Notes: generated from the sequence alone by a model not told the origin. Positions 47,486-57,470 are shown, counted from the stretch's first letter. The stretch is 64,000 bases of DNA from Candidatus Woesebacteria bacterium RBG_16_42_24 (GCA_001792115.1 MGFX01000006.1:18537-82536); one strand, 5' to 3'. Numbers and translations: made by a program.

Positions 47486-48817
47486 GTGGGAAGAAAGCTT
47501 TTTATAGCATTACTAAGTTTCCTTATTCTTCTTTTTAGCCCGGGCTTCTCTTTCGCTCAGGAAGAACCAGCAAGCTCAGGGGTTGCCAGACCAGACATTT
47601 TTCCTCTCCCCAATCCAGAACCTGGGTTTTTGGGCCAAGACCACTCATATTCTGTAACTTTTAGAGGGAATGGGGAAGCGGTAGTTGCTCTAAAAGTAGC
47701 ACTCACCAATAAAGGAGAAACACCCTTAAGCGAAGTTTCCCTTAGGGTTCCCAAAGTTTCTCCGCAAGAATTTTTTATTTATCAGGTCATCAAGGAACCT
47801 TCTTGCACCCGTTATTTAACTGATAACGCTTGTGCTGAATATCAGGAGCCAGACTACTACGGTTATTGGTGGTCCAAGACTAAATATCAAAAAGCCCAGA
47901 GCGAATTTAGTGGCGATACTCTTAAAGTCATTTTACCGCAGGCAATTCCCGCAGATAAAAACGGGAGTTACCTTGTTTACTTTCGGGCCATGGGATATGC
48001 CAAAAAGAATATATTCGGAGCCTATAAATTTACTTTCGAGACACTTCAAGTCCCCGACGACATCAGAAACATGACGGTAGGAATTAGTACGGATTCCGAT
48101 TTGGTTCTTCGGGGAGCAACGGGTGAGGTTAATTACCGTTTTGGAGACGTCGCGACCTCTCTAAAAGCCGTTGGTGGAGCAGCCCCGACAGAGTCTTCGT
48201 CAATTGATACTTTTTACCAACAGATTGGCCACGGGACACTAATTAAAAATGCATCAAGTTTGGCTTCCCTTGAGTCCTATACTGTCTCTTCCAGTTTTGC
48301 AGATAACCGAATTAAACTATATGCCAAGGAGATCTTTGTCGGGGTAGGAGTTTTCTTGGGAATTTTGGCAGTGGTTTTAGTAGTTCTGCGCCTTATTCTC
48401 AAAAGAAGTCAATCCAAGACTGAAGGGACAACTGTTGCCACATTCAATTCGAAGAGCTTGGTTATTTGCCTGGGTGTGAGCTTTGTCTCGGCGTTAGTAA
48501 TAAGCGGCTACACAATCCTTGCAATTATCGCTGCCTCCTATCTCGCAAGTACTGTTGGTTATCAGTTCCAAGCCGTCCTGACCATTTTTATTGTTGTCAT
48601 TTCTTTTGCGATTTACGCACTATTTCTCTTTGCGCCAGGAATATATTTAGGTGCCAAGAAGGGAATCGGTTGGGGAATAGCAACTGTCGCACTTACAGTT
48701 TTCTTCCTTCTAATATTTTTGGGAATTGGGCTTTTGGTCTATCTTGCAGTCCGAAATCCCTCAGTCTATCCCGGACCGATTCCTCTGGGGGGAATGGAAT
48801 CTATTAAGCAATACTGA
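47486..48817 (+). CDS. Hypothetical membrane protein (exported domain plus C-terminal TMs)
   Basis: Signal peptide and about four C-terminal TM helices. Confidence 0.7.
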   Translation: MGRKLFIALLSFLILLFSPGFSFAQEEPASSGVARPDIFPLPNPEPGFLGQDHSYSVTFRGNGEAVVALKVALTNKGETPLSEVSLRVPKVSPQEFFIYQVIKEPSCTRYLTDNACAEYQEPDYYGYWWSKTKYQKAQSEFSGDTLKVILPQAIPADKNGSYLVYFRAMGYAKKNIFGAYKFTFETLQVPDDIRNMTVGISTDSDLVLRGATGEVNYRFGDVATSLKAVGGAAPTESSSIDTFYQQIGHGTLIKNASSLASLESYTVSSSFADNRIKLYAKEIFVGVGVFLGILAVVLVVLRLILKRSQSKTEGTTVATFNSKSLVICLGVSFVSALVISGYTILAIIAASYLASTVGYQFQAVLTIFIVVISFAIYALFLFAPGIYLGAKKGIGWGIATVALTVFFLLIFLGIGLLVYLAVRNPSVYPGPIPLGGMESIKQY

Positions 48818-49625
48818 CCTTGACAGAAGGTCCCATTGAGGCTTTAGCGAAGGCTTTGACTATTTGTTTGTCGCCCCCGAGGGCCTTAAAAATAGCTTGT
48901 GAGTTGGCGATGAGTTCTTCGTCCTTTTGACTTACTTTTCCAACTACGGTGTGAATTAAGGGAGCTTCTTTCTCGGTTTTTAGAGAGAGGGAACTCACGG
49001 AAAAATCCTTTGCCTTTTTGGCTTCAGTTATTAAAGTTCCGTTTTTGGGATTCGGCATTAAGCCCCTTGGCCCCAAAACCCGGGCAAAAGAGATGAGTTT
49101 TGGCATCATTTCGGGTGTAGCTAAAAGGACGTCAAAATCGATTTTTCCGTCGGCAAGTTTTTTAATTGTTTCCTCATTGGCAACTTCCACCTTTTTTTCT
49201 CTACCTGCCTGATGGGGAAGAGTGACATTGGCGCTTGTTCCAATCTTTTTAACTACCAGATGAAGTTCTATGGACCCGTCAAAGTTCGAATATGAGGTTT
49301 CTTTGGCGAGGGCAATAGCGTCGGAAAGTGAGTAGGTTTTAGACTTATCCACCTTAGCCCTTGCCGCTTTGTATTTCTTACTTCTTACTTTTTCTTTCTT
49401 ATTCTTTTTCTCTTGCTCTTTTACCTTTTCACTCTCCTGCTCTACTGCCGGTTCTATCTCAATTGTTTTTATCCTCTGGCCACCTTTAAGACCCGCAATA
49501 TGAACTTTCTGAGGTTTCTTATCAGCCTCCTTTTTGGCCTTTTCCTGCCTCTTTTTCTCATAAGCTTCCTTGCCGGTTAATTCGGCAACTTCTGTGTCTA
49601 CGAAAGAGGTTTTTGTTTTACCCAT
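48804..49625 (-). CDS. rplA: 50S ribosomal protein L1 (N-terminal extension)
   Basis: RSKKY, FDGSIELH, FDVLLATPEMMP, LGPRGLMPNPKNGT, SMGPSV. Confidence 0.95.
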   Translation of the reverse strand: MGKTKTSFVDTEVAELTGKEAYEKKRQEKAKKEADKKPQKVHIAGLKGGQRIKTIEIEPAVEQESEKVKEQEKKNKKEKVRSKKYKAARAKVDKSKTYSLSDAIALAKETSYSNFDGSIELHLVVKKIGTSANVTLPHQAGREKKVEVANEETIKKLADGKIDFDVLLATPEMMPKLISFARVLGPRGLMPNPKNGTLITEAKKAKDFSVSSLSLKTEKEAPLIHTVVGKVSQKDEELIANSQAIFKALGGDKQIVKAFAKASMGPSVKVSIA

Positions 49626-49628
49626 TAA

Positions 49629-50054
49629 TTATTCCTCCACGGTTATTCCCATAGAACGGGCGGTACCCGCGACAATTCTTTTGGCGGCTTCCAAGTCTTT
49701 GGTATTAAGGTCGTCCATTTTATCTTTGGCGATTTTTTCAACTTGTGCTTTGGTCAGCATTCCAACAATTTCCCGAGGTGTTGTTCCCGAACCTTTTTCA
49801 AGGCCGAGCTCTTTTTTAATCATCGAAGATACAGGTGCCTTTTTAATTCCAAAAGTGAATGTTCTATCTTCATAGATAGTGATAACAGCCGGAACTACTT
49901 CACCTTTCATCTCGGCGGTTCTTTCGTTATAAGCTTTGACAAACTCCATGATGGCTACACCGTGTTGTCCCAAGGCTGTTCCCACTGGGGGAGCTGGAGT
50001 TGCTTCTCCTGCCTTTAAATTGATTTTGACTACTGTTTTTACTTTCTTGGCCAT
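49629..50054 (-). CDS. rplK: 50S ribosomal protein L11
   Basis: AGEATPAPPVG.ALGQHG, FVKAYNERT, GTARSMGI. Confidence 0.97.
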   Translation of the reverse strand: MAKKVKTVVKINLKAGEATPAPPVGTALGQHGVAIMEFVKAYNERTAEMKGEVVPAVITIYEDRTFTFGIKKAPVSSMIKKELGLEKGSGTTPREIVGMLTKAQVEKIAKDKMDDLNTKDLEAAKRIVAGTARSMGITVEE

Positions 50055-50263
50055 AACCTTACTCAAACTTTCTTTCATAAAGAAAGTTTGGCAAAGAAAT
50101 TTTAAACACAAGCGTCGGAAGCAATCTTGAAGCTTTCGACGCCTTCAGCGTCTCCCTCATCCTTCGACTCCTTCGATTTCACTCAGGACAAGTTCTCTCA
50201 GGACGAGGTAGGGGAATTATAGCAGAAGAAATAAGGATACGTAAAGTGTATAATTTTTGCTAG

Positions 50264-50980
50264 ATGTCGGACGGCATAACAGAAAAAAAGCCGCTAAGCA
50301 GGCGAGATTTTCTCAAGGCTGCGCCCCTGGCTATTCTGGGGCTGGCGGTTTCGGGATGTGGGGTAAATCCGGAGGCCGCAAGAAATTTAGGTGACTATCA
50401 ACCAATAAGACACGGGGAAAGACTCGTCTTGAATAAACTCGAAGCAGGTAGTATCAAACCCATGGCCATTACGGTCGAATATAATAGTACGGATATTCAG
50501 ATGTTGTACGGTCTTCAGGAAAGACTAACCAGGGGGCCCAACGGAAATTTTCTTTATTCCCCCGTAGACTTTAAGGACGGCGCAGAAAGAGAAAGACTCA
50601 TAGGGGAAATTGTTTCCAATAGGCTACAAGAATATAAAGCAAGTTCTCGATTGTCTTCAGAAATAAATGTTGGGATATATATAAACCCTGGAATACGTAT
50701 GGGAACAGAGCCTCCTTATAGAGTAGGCGAGATTACATCCCAAGAGAAGATTTGGGGACTTCCCGTAATAAGTGCGAAGCAAGATTTGATGCTGATGCCG
50801 GACCTCCCGATCCCCGTTGAGCACGACCCCGGTCCACCTCCAGCCGCCGATGCCAGTACCGTAACAGAGTTCTCCTTAGGTTACGCTGTAGGGCAGATGC
50901 TTCGCCAGGCAGACGGATCACTAACGCTCCGAATAGCGGGATATGTGCCCGACGGTAGGGCCGTAGAACCAATCTCCTAA
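50264..50980 (+). CDS. Putative lipoprotein with twin-arginine-like signal
   Basis: LSRRDFLK...LAVSGC. Confidence 0.65.
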   Translation: MSDGITEKKPLSRRDFLKAAPLAILGLAVSGCGVNPEAARNLGDYQPIRHGERLVLNKLEAGSIKPMAITVEYNSTDIQMLYGLQERLTRGPNGNFLYSPVDFKDGAERERLIGEIVSNRLQEYKASSRLSSEINVGIYINPGIRMGTEPPYRVGEITSQEKIWGLPVISAKQDLMLMPDLPIPVEHDPGPPPAADASTVTEFSLGYAVGQMLRQADGSLTLRIAGYVPDGRAVEPIS

Positions 50981-51031
50981 CTAGAGACACCCGCTTTATT
51001 TTTAGGCTCTTCAGGGCTATAATCCCTAACT

Positions 51032-51250
51032 ATGGGGAAAGAGGGTGAGCTGAAAGCGGTGCGGGGATGCCAGGTAGTACTTGATTTATCACGGCCCGAC
51101 GCTGCGACTTCTGGACTTGATTTGAGATGTCCCACCGCGACCGGCCAATGTTTGGTCGATTTTGCTGAAGACAGGGGAGACTATGGAATAATCAGATCTA
51201 GAAGTTGTCCCCACGGTCTTACACCCAAGACCCCATCACCGGACAACTAA
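51032..51250 (+). CDS. Small Cys-containing hypothetical protein
   Basis: 72 aa, four Cys, TATAAT 8 nt upstream of the ATG. Confidence 0.5.
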   Translation: MGKEGELKAVRGCQVVLDLSRPDAATSGLDLRCPTATGQCLVDFAEDRGDYGIIRSRSCPHGLTPKTPSPDN

Positions 51251-51258
51251 CCGCTTTT

Positions 51259-51879
51259 TTATACCTTAGTTATCTGTAAGAAATCTAGCTCAACCGGGGT
51301 TTCGCGGCCGAAGATTGAAACCAAAACTTTTACCTTACCTTTTTCCTCATCCATTTCGTGAATTGTTCCCAGAAAATCGGCAAAAGGCCCGTCGGTAATC
51401 TTGACGGCTTCTCCCACAGAAAACTTAGTTTTAAATCTGGGGGCTGGAGCTGAAATAAATTTTTGAATATTGCCGACTTCGGACTCTGACAAAGCAGTTG
51501 GAGCTTTTTCAGCACCCACAAATCCGGTTATTCCGGGAGTGGTACGAACTGCCAGCCAGGTGGGATCGTCCAAAATCATCTTAACAAGTAAATATCCGGG
51601 GAAGATTTTTTCTTTAACGGTTGCTTTTTTGCCACCCCTTATTACGACTCTATCCTGCGTTGGGACAAGAAGCTCGAAAACTTTACCGGTTAAACCCATC
51701 GACTCGACTCTTTGTCTTAGCGTTTCCGCTACTCTTACTTCGTGTCCCGAGGCCGTGTGGACTACGTACCATTGGGCTTTTGCGTCGTCGGTTGCACCAA
51801 TGACAATATGGCCGGGGATTTTTTTCTTCCCGACTCCGCGTTCTGAAACCGCTTCTTGGGTTTGAGTGGGTTCGTCCAT
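51259..51879 (-). CDS. nusG: Transcription termination/antitermination factor NusG
   Basis: WYVVHTASGHE, FPGYLLV, VRTTPGITGFVG, DGPFADF, IFGRETPVEL. Confidence 0.97.
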   Translation of the reverse strand: MDEPTQTQEAVSERGVGKKKIPGHIVIGATDDAKAQWYVVHTASGHEVRVAETLRQRVESMGLTGKVFELLVPTQDRVVIRGGKKATVKEKIFPGYLLVKMILDDPTWLAVRTTPGITGFVGAEKAPTALSESEVGNIQKFISAPAPRFKTKFSVGEAVKITDGPFADFLGTIHEMDEEKGKVKVLVSIFGRETPVELDFLQITKV

Positions 51880-51880
51880 T

Positions 51881-52126
51881 TTACCTTGCTATAACAACCT
51901 CTAAAATTTTAGTCAAAAAATAGTCAAGAGCGCCTGCGTAAAAGCCGACGAATGCCGAAATGAGAAAAACAATTAGGGTAAGTTTTATAACTTCTTCTCT
52001 TTTCGGCCAAGTGACTTTGGAAAGCTCTAGTCTCACCTCGGAAAAATACGAAAGAACTTGCTTCACGAAGGAAATTTTACCACGAGAAGCACCCAGCCGC
52101 AAGCTTGGTGGTATAATATTGGCCAT
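51881..52126 (-). CDS. secE: Preprotein translocase subunit SecE
   Basis: EVRLELSKVTWPKREE plus TM, directly upstream of nusG; start uncertain. Confidence 0.92.
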   Translation of the reverse strand: MANIIPPSLRLGASRGKISFVKQVLSYFSEVRLELSKVTWPKREEVIKLTLIVFLISAFVGFYAGALDYFLTKILEVVIAR

Positions 52127-52589
52127 GCAGCAAGAAAGGGCCGATGTAGTCAGAGTAAAAGGAGTTCAAAAAGGCCGTCTAACCGTTGAGATTGAAGGCG
52201 GCGGAGACGTTGTGATAGGAGTAAGAAGGGGTAGAGGAAGCACACTGGAGCCAAGAAGGGGACTAGTGGAGTCATTCAGACCAGCAATGCAAAGGCTAGC
52301 CATTAGATATCCGCGAATTTTTGGCGCGGATTCTCAAGACTTTTGGTTAAATTTGGAACAACAGCAGCCCTTTACCCCCGAAAAAGCGGCGATTTTGGCC
52401 AGAAGACAGGGATTTAGCTCAAGCGAGATAGGGAGAAAGGTAGTCCAGGGTCTGATTGAGCTTTCGGGCACCCAAGGCTCGATTTCTCCAGATACAATGG
52501 ACCAGTTGATTGACGAAGGGTCAAGGATAGTAAGAGGATTTTATATTAAGACAACCGAGGTAAAACCCGGTCGTAGCGTAGGAAGATGA
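52125..52589 (+). CDS. Hypothetical protein
   Basis: ATG at 52125 preceded by TGGTATAAT; ATGA overlap with rnhB. Confidence 0.55.
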   Translation: MQQERADVVRVKGVQKGRLTVEIEGGGDVVIGVRRGRGSTLEPRRGLVESFRPAMQRLAIRYPRIFGADSQDFWLNLEQQQPFTPEKAAILARRQGFSSSEIGRKVVQGLIELSGTQGSISPDTMDQLIDEGSRIVRGFYIKTTEVKPGRSVGR

Positions 52590-53296
52590 AATTCCCCAAT
52601 TTCTCCTTCGAGAAAAAACTTTGGAAGGCAGGCTACAAATTAGTCGCTGGGGTAGACGAGGTAGGCCGAGGATCTTTCGCCGGCCCAGTCGTCGCCGGCT
52701 GTGTAGTTTTCTACCCCTCGCAGCTTCTGCAAGGCGAGGCCTTGCGGAACTTGAGGAAGGAAGGAGTTGTTATTAATGATAGTAAAAGGATGACTCCGAG
52801 ACAGAGAGAAAGGGCGAATAAGTGGATTAAGGAAAATGTAGCTGCTTGGGGAGTTGGGGGGGCAAATGTAAGTTTAATCAATCGAATCGGAATGGGGAAA
52901 GCTACAAAGGTCGCATTTCGAAGAGCAATTGCTGAGGCAAACTTAAAACTTAAGACTAAAGACTCAAATTTGATAGACTTTCTTCTAATCGACGCTTTCT
53001 ATATTCCTTATGTCAGGGGATTAAGAAGAAAGAATCAAAAAGCAATAATAAATGGAGATGAAAAATCGATAACTATTGCGGCAGCCTCGATAATTGCTAA
53101 AGTTTATAGAGACGCCCTTATGAGAAAAATGTCCCATAAATATCCAAGATATGGGTGGGGGAGAAACAAAGGGTATGGGACGAGGGAACACCAGAGGGCA
53201 TTAAGGAAATACGGGCTAAGTCGTTACCACAGAAAGCAGTTTGTAGCGACCTATTTTAAAAAGACCTCTTCTTCTCAAGTTCAATCAAGTGCTTAA
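52586..53296 (+). CDS. rnhB: Ribonuclease HII
   Basis: AGVDEVGRG.FAGPVV, NDSK, LLIDA, GD...IAAASIIAKV.RD, NKGYGT. Confidence 0.96.
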   Translation: MKFPNFSFEKKLWKAGYKLVAGVDEVGRGSFAGPVVAGCVVFYPSQLLQGEALRNLRKEGVVINDSKRMTPRQRERANKWIKENVAAWGVGGANVSLINRIGMGKATKVAFRRAIAEANLKLKTKDSNLIDFLLIDAFYIPYVRGLRRKNQKAIINGDEKSITIAAASIIAKVYRDALMRKMSHKYPRYGWGRNKGYGTREHQRALRKYGLSRYHRKQFVATYFKKTSSSQVQSSA

Positions 53297-53450
53297 TGCG
53301 GTATTTTTTTTCTTTGCGTCTTTCAGCCGGTTTTTTGTAGCGCTCGCGCTCCCTGTAATCCAGAAGAATTCCTTCGTTAAGTACCTTTTTCTTGAAGCGG
53401 GCTATGAGCCTGTCCTCGGATTCGCCTTTTTGTTTCGTAACGACCACCAT
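53256..53450 (-). CDS. rpsU: 30S ribosomal protein S21
   Basis: GESEDRLIARFKKKV..EGIL...RERERYKKPAE. Confidence 0.9.
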   Translation of the reverse strand: MVVVTKQKGESEDRLIARFKKKVLNEGILLDYRERERYKKPAERRKEKKYRIKHLIELEKKRSF

Positions 53451-53800
53451 GGGGTCTCGCCCCCCTTCCGATTGAATAAATTGAGTTTAACTTCATAACA
53501 CTCACCAAATGTATTGTAGCAGAAAGGTCAATACTAAAAAATAGCCCAAATTCGGCCTAAATAGCCTTGCTCAGATGATGGTCGACGTCAACCTCGCCCA
53601 CCCCAAATAATTACTCGATCTAAAAAGTATCTAGTTTGGTTGAATTTAGACTAGTTTGTTGCTAAAATCTATCTACCTCAATCGGAGGTTTCTATTAGTT
53701 TCGCCGAAGTATCATGGCGATGCCGGAGGCTAAGCTATAGAGGAGAAGTTCTAGCACCTGTCACAAAAGTCCGATACCCATAAAGCCCAAGGAGCGCAGG

Positions 53801-54046
53801 ATGACCAATGACTTGTATTTCGAGCCGTACGCGCTTGAAGGCAGGCTGGTCGTCAATGACCGAGTAGTTGCATCTGCAATTCGGAGTCTAAGGGAATCCG
53901 AATGGGGAAGGAAAGCCGAGGAGGTTCAAGTGCCCCATTCGCGGTGTTCGAGCGACCTGTCGCAAATGGTTGACGGGGTGCCTGTCAACAGGACCAGCCA
54001 CAGCCAGGAGCACATCTACGTTGGGTTCAGACACAGGCGCATGTAG
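53801..54046 (+). CDS. Small hypothetical protein
   Basis: AAGGAG SD-like motif upstream; followed by a long hairpin. Confidence 0.45.
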   Translation: MTNDLYFEPYALEGRLVVNDRVVASAIRSLRESEWGRKAEEVQVPHSRCSSDLSQMVDGVPVNRTSHSQEHIYVGFRHRRM

Positions 54047-54155
54047 CCCCTGGGTCAGGGTACGGATCGGGTGTTAAGGCAAAGGGGAGAGGCGGGAAGT
54101 TTCCGCACAAGTTAGCTCGTCACGAGCCCACTTCTCGCTTCTCCCCCTAGTATTC

Positions 54156-54374
54156 TTAGTGAGTGCTTCGGCCGTAGACTTTTCTAAATAACGATTTGAT
54201 TCTTCTTGACGTTTCTAGCCATTCATTATATCTCTCTTCGGCATTAGGAATCATCCGTTCATATCGTTTATCTCTTGGGTCATTCGAGGGTATTTTGCTG
54301 CGGCTATTCTCGAGTTGCCTTGGGGTAGGTGAAGGTTGAGGAGGCAATAAACTTAATAATTCTATTTTAGACAT
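54156..54374 (-). CDS. Small hypothetical protein
   Basis: 72-aa ORF with TAAAAT upstream. Confidence 0.45.
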   Translation of the reverse strand: MSKIELLSLLPPQPSPTPRQLENSRSKIPSNDPRDKRYERMIPNAEERYNEWLETSRRIKSLFRKVYGRSTH

Positions 54375-54484
54375 AGAAGTGAATTCCAGTCATTTTACTA
54401 GCCTTTGAAAAAATAGCAAGTTGGAGTTGTAGAGTTGTAAAAATTGAATTTAACGGGTAAAATTAGAACCTAGGAGATATAAAA

Positions 54485-54748
54485 ATGCCAGAAGAACCAG
54501 GTTCAGGTGAAACACGACCCGGCGCAAGTCTTGCTGATATCTTGGGGATGCAGCAGGAAAATGCTGCACGAAAAAACCGAAGAGATAATCCACGACATGG
54601 GACAAGAATTGATGAGCGCTTAAACTTAGAGCAGGCTGACGCATTGGACCGAGCTCGAAAGAGGGCACACCCCACAAGTGGTTCAACCACTAGTATCCCC
54701 GATAGATGGAGTTCGACGGGACAAAAACCTCAAAGACCGGGAGAGTAA
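54485..54748 (+). CDS. Small hypothetical protein
   Basis: AGGAG SD-like motif upstream; hydrophilic 87 aa. Confidence 0.5.
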   Translation: MPEEPGSGETRPGASLADILGMQQENAARKNRRDNPRHGTRIDERLNLEQADALDRARKRAHPTSGSTTSIPDRWSSTGQKPQRPGE

Positions 54749-54763
54749 ACGAACCCCGAAAAT

Positions 54764-55096
54764 ATGACCGAACAACATAAACAGATAGAGTTACACTGGT
54801 TAGAAACTTTATATGGAATATCTCCAGATAGCCTTCCCTTAGAAGCGAGAGATTTGGCAAAAAAGCTTGGCCCTGATGGGGTTAATGAGCTAGTTGAGCA
54901 ATATCGGGGAACACAGTTTTATAGAGGTATAAGAGCAGGTAGGGAGGAACTTTCCAATAAACTTGAACAGATGCACAGGCTTGCGTTTGAGGGCGGAGGA
55001 AGATGGGCCCCGGGAGAACCTTCTTATGGGGATTCACCTTTGACCTGGATTAACCAGGAAGTAGCAGAACTTCTTGAAAAAGGTCAAACTGAGTAG
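54764..55096 (+). CDS. Hypothetical protein
   Basis: 110-aa ORF 15 nt after the previous stop. Confidence 0.55.
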   Translation: MTEQHKQIELHWLETLYGISPDSLPLEARDLAKKLGPDGVNELVEQYRGTQFYRGIRAGREELSNKLEQMHRLAFEGGGRWAPGEPSYGDSPLTWINQEVAELLEKGQTE

Positions 55097-55100
55097 AAGT

Positions 55101-55928
55101 TTAGTGGTATTTGACTACGAGTTGGGGGCGATTCCCGGTGCTTAAGTAGTTATCTCCCGACTCAAACCTTGCCCATGCGTCAGCCCCAGTTGCTTCTGTC
55201 GTAAATCTTAATCTATATTGGGAGCGAGTTCTTGACGCAGCGATGTCTGTCTTGAGAGGATTGGTGACGATTAAATCTTTCCACTCGATGCTCGCGTTGG
55301 AAGTTAATGTTCCGATATTAGACGAGATGGCGGAAGCGTTTAAATCTTCATTTCCTAGACTATCTCCATAGTCGAGGTGGTCAACGATAAGACTTCCCCC
55401 GGAGGCGTAGGGGGTTCCCTCAAGTTGCCCCTGATAAAGCCTTAAAGTTACCTCGTCAATTGTTTTGCCGGATGGAATGCTTGAAATGTCAAAACTGACA
55501 AAACCTCGCTCTGTGAGCGTTGCATTTCTTCCAATTTGTATATACCAAGTAGTGTTTCCTCCACCATTACTTGCGCGCCAACCGTCGAGTGCTGCAGTTC
55601 CCGTAATAGTCATTGTTTGGATTGCCGGAGTTGGAGTAAGCGTTGGCGTTGGAGTACTCGTAGGTTTTTTTGTTGGGGTTGGAGAACCGGTCGTTTCTGG
55701 CTCTTCTGTCGGAGTAGGTGTTGCAATAACTTCAGGTGTAGGGGTAGGAATTGGCTCTCCGCCTTCTCTATTTCTAAATCCGAGAAAATATGCAGCACCT
55801 CCTACCAGAAGAAAGAGAATAATAACTATTAAAACGTATGGCCACTTTTTTCCTCCCGATTCGCCGCCATTTGCGGATGGGGGAGTTTCACTTGGAATCT
55901 GAACTTCTTGTGTACCTTCCGGCTCCAT
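55101..55928 (-). CDS. Single-TM surface protein with PT linker and DNRLRE/CBM96-like domain
   Basis: RGFVSFDISSIP...VTLRLYQ, F.S.D...RPQLVVKY; TTGACA-N17-TACTAT promoter upstream. Confidence 0.72.
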   Translation of the reverse strand: MEPEGTQEVQIPSETPPSANGGESGGKKWPYVLIVIILFLLVGGAAYFLGFRNREGGEPIPTPTPEVIATPTPTEEPETTGSPTPTKKPTSTPTPTLTPTPAIQTMTITGTAALDGWRASNGGGNTTWYIQIGRNATLTERGFVSFDISSIPSGKTIDEVTLRLYQGQLEGTPYASGGSLIVDHLDYGDSLGNEDLNASAISSNIGTLTSNASIEWKDLIVTNPLKTDIAASRTRSQYRLRFTTEATGADAWARFESGDNYLSTGNRPQLVVKYH

Positions 55929-56214
55929 TGGCCGAATAGTAATCTAGTAAAAAAAATATGTCAAGAGGGGTCTAGGAGGAGAGCAATCTTTTTCAATCCC
56001 AACTTTTCGAGTCGTTCCACGAACTAATTATGTCACCTGCAGGGGCTAGTGGATTATGTTAGAGTTAGAAACTCCTCTCATTATGGGTAGACACTCCCGG
56101 AGTGAAATAGCTAGATACATCGGGATAAACATTGAAATCGTAAACTACGAGATAAGTAAATACTAATTTAGGCGTGCACTTGACAAATTATTACAACTTG
56201 CTAATAATTAGTTA

Positions 56215-56892
56215 ATGCCCAAAAGGAAGACTAAAAAGAGAGATTTAGTCGGTGCTTCTTCAAAAAATAAAATCTTCCTATTGTTATTTATTGCTATTGG
56301 AATTTTCTTTACTCTTTACAAATTAAATATTTTTGCCGCTTCAGGAGGCAGGGGTGGTGGAAAAGTTGCTCCAACACCAGTTCCACTGCCAACTCCACCT
56401 GCAGGAGAATTATTGTTAAATACTTCATTTGAATATAATACCGATGCTGATTCCCGTACTCCCGATGGTTGGGTTCAACATTATGACCAGCCCAACAAAC
56501 TTGTTAAAGTTGACTGCGGTGTTTCAGTTTCCGGAAAATGCTCTTATTATGTGGATGGAAAGCATTATAATGCCATCAAACAATATGTTACATATTCAGC
56601 ACCTCCTGGAAGCACGGTAACAGTTTCAGGGTGGGGCAGAGGCAAAGATGTTGCTGATAGTACTAGCGTTGCAGAAGGCTCCTTCTGGGTGCAAGCCTGG
56701 ATTCACTACACAGATGGATCAACAGAATATGGTTTGCACGCAGATTTTGACAACGGAACTCATGATTTTCAAAAGGTCCAGAAATCTTACATTGCCCCCA
56801 AACCAGTAGAAGGATTTACCTATTTTGTTAAGTTTGGAAAAACAGGTTATGCATGGTTCGACGACGTAAGCCTCGCCGTAATTACTCCATAA
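56215..56892 (+). CDS. Secreted protein with galactose-binding-like (CBM4/9-like) domain
   Basis: LLLNTSFE...PDGW, VSGWGRG, AWFDDVSL. Confidence 0.7.
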   Translation: MPKRKTKKRDLVGASSKNKIFLLLFIAIGIFFTLYKLNIFAASGGRGGGKVAPTPVPLPTPPAGELLLNTSFEYNTDADSRTPDGWVQHYDQPNKLVKVDCGVSVSGKCSYYVDGKHYNAIKQYVTYSAPPGSTVTVSGWGRGKDVADSTSVAEGSFWVQAWIHYTDGSTEYGLHADFDNGTHDFQKVQKSYIAPKPVEGFTYFVKFGKTGYAWFDDVSLAVITP

Positions 56893-57053
56893 AATTTGTA
56901 AATTTAACCCTAGTAAAGTATTGTTTTTTTGCAGGGGCTAGTGGCCCGACTTCGAACAGTTTGGCACGAGATAGACTCGATTGAGACTGATAAAATTCAA
57001 GAGTTTATTAACACGGAACAGCGTTTATTTTTTAATAGTTCTGGTACTGCCTA

Positions 57054-57287
57054 TTAAGTGGAGCTAATGGATGGTTGGGGAGTTCTCGCATCTATATCCA
57101 ACATAAACCGAGTTCGTTGGTTTGGCCCTATCCCCGCAGAAGTTTTTAATACACCGTCATCATCTTCATAAAATAGGGGTAGAGCTCCCTTAACAGTTTT
57201 AAGTCTTATTATCTTTGGCCCAACCCTAAACTCACAAATTGTTTTAATTGGAGCTTTTTGGGGAGACAGAATGTTTTCTTTTCCCAT
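57054..57287 (-). CDS. Small hypothetical protein
   Basis: 77-aa ORF with TTGACT/TAAACT promoter-like motifs upstream. Confidence 0.45.
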   Translation of the reverse strand: MGKENILSPQKAPIKTICEFRVGPKIIRLKTVKGALPLFYEDDDGVLKTSAGIGPNQRTRFMLDIDARTPQPSISST

Positions 57288-57390
57288 TTGAAGATCAGTT
57301 TAATGTATTTACACCTAAAGTCAACTATTTTGGGCGAACATCGGATTATTGTTTACCATTTGATATTTGGACATATTTGAAGCTATTTTG

Positions 57391-57461
57391 CAGGGCTGCC
57401 AGGATTTGAACCTGGAAGAGCGGTTTTGGAGACCGCCATGATACCATTTCATCACAGCCCT
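57391..57461 (-). tRNA. tRNA-Trp(CCA)
   Basis: AGGGCTG...CAGCCCT-G, anticodon arm GCGGT-CTCCAAA-ACCGC, GGTTCAAATCC. Confidence 0.93.
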
Positions 57462-57470
57462 AAAAAATCA

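Noticed and set aside
51960-52124. 5' part of the 209-aa ORF overlapping secE
   Set aside because: Antisense to secE; a -10 box before ATG 52125 gives a better start.
53690-53760. Glycine riboswitch suggested by CGCCGAAG
   Set aside because: The other conserved elements (GGAGA..., CTCTCAGG) are not in the expected arrangement.
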